A stretch of DNA of 20,000 bases from Proteromonas lacertae (lineage: Eukaryota), in NCBI GenBank assembly GCA_002245135.1, contig NGBS01000312.1, positions 110,936 to 130,935 on the forward strand. Direction: 5' to 3'. Each line of letters starts with the position of its first letter. Position 1 is the stretch's first letter. The notes under the pieces were generated by a model. It ran no database searches. It saw only the letters and a list, made by a program, of their open reading frames with translations, and had not been told where the DNA came from. The translations under genes were made by a program, and so were the position numbers. Positions 1 to 8,144 of this stretch are shown here, piece by piece.

Positions 1-1054
1 ATCAGTAGAACTTTTCATAAACTTTGAATCTAATATTTGTTGTATAGTAAATCTCTTTTCTTTCTAATCATATATATATATATATATATATAATATTATA
101 CCTCAACTAGTATATGTCTAATTAAATAAGATGCATCTTTACTAATGGTATTACCACTATCTGGAATGACATAATCATATGATATAATTCTCAACATTGT
201 TTGAGTTTTACTTTCACCTTTAAATGGATTTTCTGTTGTTAATAAATAATACCTAATTAAATATATATATATATATATATATATTATATTATATTTTTAA
301 TTTATACATAATACATCCAACTGCCCAAATATCAATGGATTTATCATATTTATGTACTTTTGATTCCAACATTTCTGGCGATAAATACTCATATGTTCCA
401 CACACACTATTCCTTTCTTCATCTCTATGTCTTAATAATACTGCTAATCCAAAATCACCTATTTTTAATGAGTTGTTACTAGTTAAGAATAAATTAGAGA
501 GTTTTAAATCTCTGTGAATTATGTTATTCTCATGTATATATTTTAAACCCATTAATAATTCATAAATATAGTGTCTTGTATCTGTTTCATTGAATACACC
601 ATGTTCATGAAGTAAAGAGTATAATGTACCACTATTTACATAATATAAAAATATGATTAATACTTTGGACAGTATTCCATCACAATATTTACACTAGATT
701 CATCAGCAAAAGCCTCCTATATAGATATTAGTTCATGGAGTAATATACATAGAATCTGACAATATGTTTATGACGTAACATTTTATGTATTTTTATTTCA
801 TTCTCTGATTTGCTCAGGATATCTCTATGTATACTATTTCTTGTAAAAATCTTTTTAATGGCCACACATTTTCTAGATGAATTGTAACTACCGTTTAATA
901 AATAATCAGACAAAGATTCAGTAGTTATATCAGCAACATAAACTACTCCAAATCCACCTTCGGCAATAACATCTCCAATTCTGTATTTATTCTAATATTA
1001 GATTGTAATGGTAGATACATTTAATATTTTCTCGTGTGTTATCTGAAATGCCAT
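1..1054 (-). CDS. Polo-like (PLK/PLK4-like) Ser/Thr kinase, N-terminal kinase domain; 3' end lies outside the window
   Basis: ATG at 1054. Removing GT-AG introns 992-1018, 717-748, 632-663, 253-307 and 64-101 gives one frame with [64 protein letters not shown] and [10 protein letters not shown]. HRDLKLxNLFL is typical of the Polo family, but no Polo box is visible in the window. Confidence 0.85.
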
Positions 1055-1133
1055 TTAAAAATTAATAAAACAGCCACAAAAACGGATATAATTTTACAAA
1101 CACGTTTGTGCAATATACAATTTAGAAAATATA

Positions 1134-2373
1134 ATGTTTAATAATTCTGCTCAACAGCCAAATCAAAACCCATACACATTCTTACCAAATTCTGGAGCTC
1201 CGTATCAGATGAATTATGCTAATTATTCATATCCTTATGGTTATCAATATCCTCCCATCCCAACGAACAATCAACAAACCACTGAATTTCATCCAGAAAA
1301 CTATATGGGTTATTCATATCCTAATTTCACAAATGTTCAACCATTTACAAATTCTTATCCGCCTTTACAACCTTATCCAAATCAGCAGCAAACATATCTT
1401 CCTGTCACTAACTATAATCAAAAGACCAATTTCCATAAGTATAATTATGCAATGATTATATTGAATTAGAACTTCAAAATATCGTTGTGAAGGATGTAAC
1501 AAATCATTTCCTTCTTTTAATCATTACCAAAAACACATGAAAGCACATACAGTGTGTAATATTGACGGATGTACTTACAGTGCAGTTCCAAAAGTGTTGG
1601 AAGAACATCAACTTTCAATTCATAAAACCACAAATATAATCAAACCAAAGAATAAAGAAAAAGAATCAAAAAGTGGTACAGAAGAAGGAGAAGTAGGAGG
1701 AGGAGAAGAAGAAGAAGAAAATTGTAAAATAAAGATAAATAAACAATTATTGGAATTAATCCCTCCTAAATATCGATATGTTACAAAAATAGGAAATTCT
1801 CAAGAAGAAATAGAAAAATGGAAGAAAGAAAGAAGATCAAATTATCCAACAGAAGAAAATATAAAGAAAAAAGAAGAAGAAAAACAAAAGAAAAGAGAAC
1901 GTGGATTACCAGAAGAAGATGAAGATGATAAGAATGAAAATAAGTATAATTTTCTTTATTTTATTATTAATTAATATAATAGTCCAAAAAAGAAGAGAAA
2001 AATGAAAAATGAATCAGATATTAAAATACCAAGAACTACTACCAATAAAGATGGTGAAACAATCTGTGGATATTTTTATAGAGGTAAATGTAAATTAGGT
2101 AAGAGATGTGAGTATAAACATGATAAAGGGTATAGATTATGTAATTATTATGTAAATGGAAAGTGTAAAAAAGCAGATCATTGTAATTTAATCCATGATG
2201 ATGCATTTAAAGAATTATTACTGAATAAGAAAAGTGATGAAGCAAAAAGAGAAACAATTAAGAAGGAGAATAAGTCGTTATTAGCAAAATTATTAGCTAA
2301 GGAAAAGCGTCATGAGAATTTAATTGTTTTACAGTGTTTACATTATATTTATGAGAATAATTTTTTCTTATAA
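1134..2373 (+). CDS. NUFIP1: NUFIP1/Rsa1-like box C/D snoRNP assembly factor with C2H2-type and two CCCH zinc fingers
   Basis: Introns 1439-1469 and 1944-1982 join the three ORFs. The protein has a P/Y/N-rich N-terminus, CEGCNKSF..HMKAH, the motif EEIEKWKKERRSNYPT and the C-terminal SLLAKLLAKEKRHENLIVLQCLHYIYENNFF, both recalled as NUFIP1-like. Two C-x7-C-x5-C-x3-H fingers. TAA at 2371-2373. Confidence 0.8.
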
Positions 2374-2387
2374 TTAAGTATAATTTC

Positions 2388-2395
2388 TGTTTGTT
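2388..2395 (+). terminator. TGTTTGTT motif 14 nt after the NUFIP1-like stop; candidate 3'-end/polyadenylation signal
   Basis: Exact TGTTTGTT, the motif described just downstream of poly(A) sites in Blastocystis. Function here is inferred. Confidence 0.45.
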
Positions 2396-2638
2396 TGTGA
2401 ATATTGCATTTATTGGGGTTGTTTAATATACATAATGAAATAAAGAATGTTTTATAGAATTTATAAAATAAATTGAAATGAAGTAGTTTCTAAAAATGAT
2501 AAAATGTAAATGATAATGTAAATTACAATGGATTTGACGTGAAGATAAAGAGAATATAATTCTAAATTGAGAGGGCTATAGCTAAGTAAATATAATTACA
2601 ACACTTCATTTTTTTGTCAAATTAAAAAATATACAATC

Positions 2639-3031
2639 ATGTCATCGTCAGAAGAAGACCAAGAACATTTCAACAATAATTCTAAAGATAATGAGAAATC
2701 CGAGAAAAGAAAACACAGTCATGATCAATCCACGTCAAGAAAAAAAAATCGACTGATCATAGAAGACAGAACACTCCCTTTCTCAGATTTTGGTGAAGAG
2801 ATTGATATAATCGATCCAGAACTAGAGGACATATTAAATCAAAGGTATGCGAAAAAACGAAAGAGTAGAATGATTGATGAGAGAGACAAGAAATATTTAA
2901 GACGTTATTATTTATTCAGTGAATCAGACAGTGAAGAAGAAGACATCTATAATGACTTGTATGAGTATAATCCACAACTAGTGTATATATTTCCTTTACT
3001 GAATATGGAATATACATCTTTTTGTGTGTAA
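2639..3031 (+). CDS. Hypothetical charged protein (130 aa), possibly nuclear
   Basis: Open ORF with coding-like purine-rich composition, basic clusters (KRKHSH, AKKRKSR) and acidic SESDSEEED. No recognised domain; the 3' end is uncertain. Confidence 0.55.
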   Translation: MSSSEEDQEHFNNNSKDNEKSEKRKHSHDQSTSRKKNRLIIEDRTLPFSDFGEEIDIIDPELEDILNQRYAKKRKSRMIDERDKKYLRRYYLFSESDSEEEDIYNDLYEYNPQLVYIFPLLNMEYTSFCV

Positions 3032-3194
3032 TTATAATTTATTCTTTTAATTGTTTTTGTTTTAGAATTATTATAAAATATATAGAGAGTAATTTATAAA
3101 CAAAACAAAAATCCTTGATATAAAAAGTAAATTTTTAAGATTAATGTAATTTCCACTTTTTGCTATTTAAAGTAAAAAGAACCTTTTTCACTAT

Positions 3195-4797
3195 TTACCA
3201 ATCTTCAGCACCAGCAAGTGATTGTTGTGCTTTCTTAGCTCTTTGTTTAGCTTGTTCAGCTAAATGTCTTTCAGCCTCTTTCTCCTTTCTTTTCTTCTGT
3301 TCTCTAAGTTCTTGAGCCTTAGCTAATTGGTCTTCCATTTCATTGATTTGAGCCAATTGTGGTAAACTAGACTTCTCATCTGATAATAAATCTTGTTTCA
3401 ATTTTCTACATAATGTTTGTCTCATAGCTATTCTTCTTCTTTCTTCATCACTGATAGTTGCTTTAGCTGCTGTCTTTGGAATTGGTTTCTTTAATTCTTC
3501 TTCTACTAATTCATCTCTTTCTTTCTTAAATTTCTCTAATTTTTGTGTTCTTTCTTCTTTCTTCTTCTCTAAGATCTTCTTTCTTTGTTCTAATAAGTAT
3601 TTCTTTCGTTCTTCTAAAGCTTTTGCCATTAATGGATCTTCAGCTGCTTCTTTACTTTTTCCTAAGGTTTCACGGATCTTATGCATGTCATTGATTTTCT
3701 GCCTCATATTATTCACTTCTTGTTCTATTTTAGCAATAGTCTTTGGATCTTGTTTCTATTTTATAATAATAATATATATATATATATACTGGTTTAGATG
3801 ATGGCGCTGTTGATTTCTTTTCAATATTTTGAGCCATTTGTTGCAATCTGGCAGCTTCTTCTTTCATCTTTTGTTGTTCAGCAATATTGTCAGCTTTAGC
3901 TTGTTTTGCCTTTTCTTTTTTACTTCCTTCTTCAGTCTATTAATAAAATAATAATATATTATAATATATATTATACTTTTGTGGCAATTTCAATCTCTCT
4001 TTGATGTTTTTCAGCATCTGCACTAGCATCTTCAGCTAATTGAGTGAGTTTATCAGCTTTCATCTTCATTCTATTCACTTCTTCATGAACTTGCTCTGGT
4101 GGAAGTGATGATAATTCATCTTCATGGAATTGTTGGATTACTTCAGACTATATTAATAAATAGTTTTATTTATACTTGAATAGCTAGATTTTGAGCTAAA
4201 TTAATCTCAGCATCGGCAATATTGCAGTTTGCAACACATAATTCCTCATATTCTTCTAAACTCTTTAATAATAATGCTAATTCTTCTTCTTCTTGTTTCT
4301 TCATTTCTTCAGCAACAGCATTTGTTTCACCTCCTTCTTTAAGACAGCCTGCATCTTTTAATGCTCCTAAACACTCCAATTCTAATTCATTATTACGTTT
4401 AATCATCAAGTTCTTGAAGGCTAATATATTAGATACAGAACTTATTAAAAATAATACTCAGGAAATCTTCCATAGCTAATAAAAACTTAAATACATCCTT
4501 TTGAACACCACTTTGATTTTTGCCTTTGTCACATGCTTCTAAGAATTGCTCTGGTGTAATACCAAGCATTGTCAAGTGTTGTTCTAACAAATCTTCAACC
4601 ATAGAAGTAAATTTCTAGATGATATAAATACAGTATTATACTTGGTGAATTTCTGTCCAAGCTAATGAATTCTCATCAGCATTATCAAAGAATATGCAAT
4701 TTTCATCAATAAATTGATTAAATGGTATCTCCCAGGTCGGAGATTGAAATATGTTCATTACAGCATCAAAGATCCAGTCATTACTACCATCAGCCAT
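3195..4797 (-). CDS. CFAP36: CFAP36/CCDC104 (BARTL1)-like protein: N-terminal BART (ARL2/ARL3-binding) domain plus long coiled coil
   Basis: ATG 4797; introns 4615-4641, 4421-4457, 4148-4175, 3937-3976 and 3756-3789. N-terminus DWIFDAVMNIFQSPTWEIPFNQFIDENCIFFD..ENSLAWTEIHQKFTSMVEDLLEQHLTMLGITPEQF..LLAMEDFLTFKNLMIKRNNELELE fits the BART domain. The C-terminal EERKKYLLEQRKKILEKKKEER and LCRKLKQD motifs resemble CFAP36. Confidence 0.8.
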
Positions 4798-4974
4798 TGT
4801 AATCAAAAAATGAAAATTCAAAAATTAAATCAAAATAAAATTGAAACGAATAATTAAAATAAATAGAAGCATTTTCATTCTATTTTCTTTGGTTGATTCA
4901 AATTTTTGATTTTTCGTTACAAAATCTAACAGAACAAAGTACTAACAACATAAAATTCATTTAACAGCATATAA

Positions 4975-5908
4975 TTACAACAGTGGAAGTAAACATAACG
5001 AAATGTATCTATTTTTAGAGAAATGCTGAAAAGATGACAATGTTAAATAACACTATCGATATAATAATACGATTATATATTATATATACATTACACACAG
5101 AATTATTGGGAAAATTACATGTAGCTGTGAAAGATGAAGTTATATTAGATTGATTAAACACTTCTGTCAAACAAGATATAAATTCATATCTCTCTATTGG
5201 ATCTTTGATGAATTTCTTGAACACAAACCTCATACTATCTTTATATCCTGATAATTCTTTAAATCGATCATTACTTTCTATTACAGCATTGTATTGGTTT
5301 AAAATAACCATAGCAACAGCATTCTTTTTGAATACTGATGAAAAATCACAAATATGACTGTTCTGTGGGAAGATAATACTATTTGCAGCATCTATAAAGT
5401 GAATATAAAAAAACAATTAATTTTATTTTATACTTTGTAATTCTTTTTCAAGGTTTTGTTGTAGTTCCAATAGAGCAGTTAATAAGTTGACTATATCATT
5501 CACTATACTATTTTTGTCTCTCTTTTTTAGTTTACCGTGTCTCTATTACATATATACAAAATAACATGAAAATACTTCTAAAACATCTTGTAGTTCTTTT
5601 ATTTTTTCATTGATTTTTTGAATCCTCATTTTCTCAGATTGATTGTGAATTGCTTTACGATTAGTAACGTTTTCAGGGGATGTAACTTTCATAATGAGTG
5701 CTCCACTATTACTAGACTGAAATGGACATATCATTTGTGTTATATTAGGTCTAATAGTATCAGATAATGAGTGAACTGGCACTGGAGTAGAGACTGATAA
5801 AGAATGCGGATTTGATATTGTTTTATTATTTATTGAGCAGATTGATGTTATGTCATCGGATACTTCCTATTTATATATTTTAGTTTATGCCAAACATACT
5901 TCATTCAT
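4975..5908 (-). CDS. bHLH transcription factor with C-terminal PAS-like domain
   Basis: ATG 5908; introns 5867-5899, 5543-5575, 5392-5433 and 5053-5089; TAA 4977-4975. bHLH: RKAIHNQSEKMRIQKINEKIKELQDVLE-RHGKLKKRDKNSIVNDIVNLLTAL. PAS-like: VFKKNAVAMVILNQYNAVIESNDRFKELSGY. Confidence 0.7.
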
Positions 5909-5986
5909 CAAAAACAGACAATACTCAAAAATACACTTCAATACACAATTCAGTGTATTTTCAATTTATTTTCGAAACTATTACAT

Positions 5987-7684
5987 ATGGATATTACCTC
6001 ATATTATGCTTTTGACTACCCATCAGAACACACATTTTCAATACCAGAACAACCATCTCTGTCCCAAGACTTGGCATATTCTGATCAAGATACAAATAAG
6101 GCTGATACATTAGGAATAAAATGCAGAGAGTTTATAAAATACTGTATTGTGAATATACAAAATGCTAAAGAAAATGAGATTCAACCACCAAAATATGCCA
6201 CAGCTATAGGTATAATACTTATTTATGTGATGTATTAGGAGTAAAACGAAGGAGGTTGTATGATATTATACAAGTACTTGAAGTAATTGGTATAGTATCA
6301 AGAAGAACAAATAGAACGTATAATTGGGAAGGAGTAGAACAGTTAAATAATACAATTACCAAAATTAAAACACATAGAGACACTTACAATATAAGACGTC
6401 CGTTTGAAGTATAAATTAATTGATTTAGTTTATGTTTAATAGTATACAGTGACATTTTATGGTCCTCATTTAGGTTTAGAATTAATGGAGAATAAAGAAC
6501 CTTATCATATATACTCAACAGTGGTTAAATCTGTAGAAAATCATACATCATCTACTCCAACAACAACAACAACAGCAGCAACAACTCAATCAGTTACATC
6601 ATCAACAACAACCACTACTACTGCTACAATTACTGCTACTACATCACCGTCTTCCAATATCAATATCAACTGTTGTACAGATGATATAAAATATGATGAT
6701 AGTAGTAATAACATAAATTCAAATAATAATAATAATAATGAAATCAATCCAATAATCGCAGATAATAATTATTGTTTAATCCAACCAAATGATATAATAA
6801 TAGCAATAAATAATAGTCCCTTAATAGGTAAATCATATGGAGAGAATTTAAATGTTTTGACCAAATATATTGCTCCAATTAGTATTGAATTCCAACATCC
6901 ACTCATATTTAATGGAAATATTTGGGGTGATAGTAGTGGAACAAAATTGCCATTATTAACTGATTTAACTAGAAGATTATTGTCGTTATTTATATATCAA
7001 CCTTGTACTGAAATATTCTATTTAAAAGATATAGCGATTTTGTTTTTAAAGATGATAAATGGTGAAAGTAGTAGAACATCTTCAACTTCTGCCATTTCTA
7101 CCACAAATAATAATACCATTATATCAAATATATCATCATCATCATCAACAACAACAACAACAAGAACAACCAATATAATATCAGATGATAGTTCAATAAA
7201 TCAGACAAACACCAATAAAGGAGGAACAAAAATAAAATATATCGAAACTCGTTTATATGATGTAGTAAATGTATTAAATAGTATAGGAATAATTGAGAAG
7301 TGTAATGCTAAAAAACAACGAGGTCAAAGCTTAGGAATTCGATTTACAGGTTGTCACAATATAAATTTAAATAACAATAATGAAATATATTGTAATGAAT
7401 CAAATCATATTAGATTAAAGCATAATATAGCAATGTCTCCTATTAATAATAATAATAATAATGTAAGTAGTATAATATCTACAATTCAACAACAACAATG
7501 TAATATGCCTGAAAAGAAAAGAAGAAAAGTATATTATATATAATATTTTAATGAATAATAGATTGATCCTTGGAAATGTAAACATTGTCTTTATATAAAT
7601 AAATTCACTTTTCCTGCTTGTGCGAAGTGTACAGAGAGTTGTGATAATTATGATGAATGTAAAGTAAATGAAGAAGAAATATAG
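5987..7684 (+). CDS. Atypical E2F (E2F7/8, DEL-like) with two winged-helix DNA-binding domains, an intervening PDZ-like domain and a C-terminal RanBP2-type zinc finger
   Basis: Introns 6210-6238, 6409-6442 and 7529-7561; TAG 7682-7684. DBD1 TLGIKCREFI..IGVKRRRLYDIIQVLEVIGIVSR..YNWEG. DBD2 LTDLTRRLLSLF..TRLYDVVNVLNSIGIIEK. PDZ-like YTVTFYGPHLGLEL..IQPNDIIIAINNSPLIGKSYGENLNVL..PISIEF. NLS-like PEKKRRK. Finger WKCKHCLYINKFTFPACAKC. Confidence 0.8.
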
Positions 7685-7786
7685 AGTTAAATAGTTTTTT
7701 AAATAGTTTTTTTGTGATTTCAGTCATGTAAAGCGTATAATGAAGAATGACAAATAATTTATAACTTCCACTTTTTATAAATCCAT

Positions 7787-8047
7787 TCAATTCTCTCTAT
7801 TATTCATCATTATATTATTTATAGATAATACTACACTTCCCATTTCGTTCTTTATCAACAAAGGAGAACAACAATTGTATAAACCAAATAATACTTTCAC
7901 TCTTCCACATAAATGATTGTCACTTTTTATATCACTTCTAAACATCAATTACTATAAAATTACATACTTCTTTATAGAAACATATTTTATCTCACTTTTA
8001 TATTTCAAATTCAGTTTCAAATAATCACATGACCAACATGATAACAT
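7787..8047 (-). CDS. Possible small spliced ORF (76 aa) or gene remnant
   Basis: ATG 8047 and a typical 30-nt GTATG..TTTAG intron at 7938-7967 give an open frame to TGA at 7789-7787. No recognisable domain. Confidence 0.3.
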
Positions 8048-8144
8048 CCTTATATACTCTGCTTTTCTTAATCAAGAATTAAATTTTTGAAATTTGAAAA
8101 AGAAACGAATCAATATTTTGAAACATTCCAAAATCTTTAATTTG

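Noticed and set aside
6540..7500. ACA/AAT/TCA trinucleotide runs as a repeat array or CRISPR-like structure
   Set aside because: They are in-frame low-complexity Thr/Asn/Ser tracts inside the E2F-like CDS, with no repeat-spacer organisation.
8083..8125. Recurrent TTTGAA/TTCAAA words near gene starts (also ~4815, ~16940, ~19384)
   Set aside because: They cannot be distinguished from background in such AT-rich DNA without a genome-wide enrichment test.
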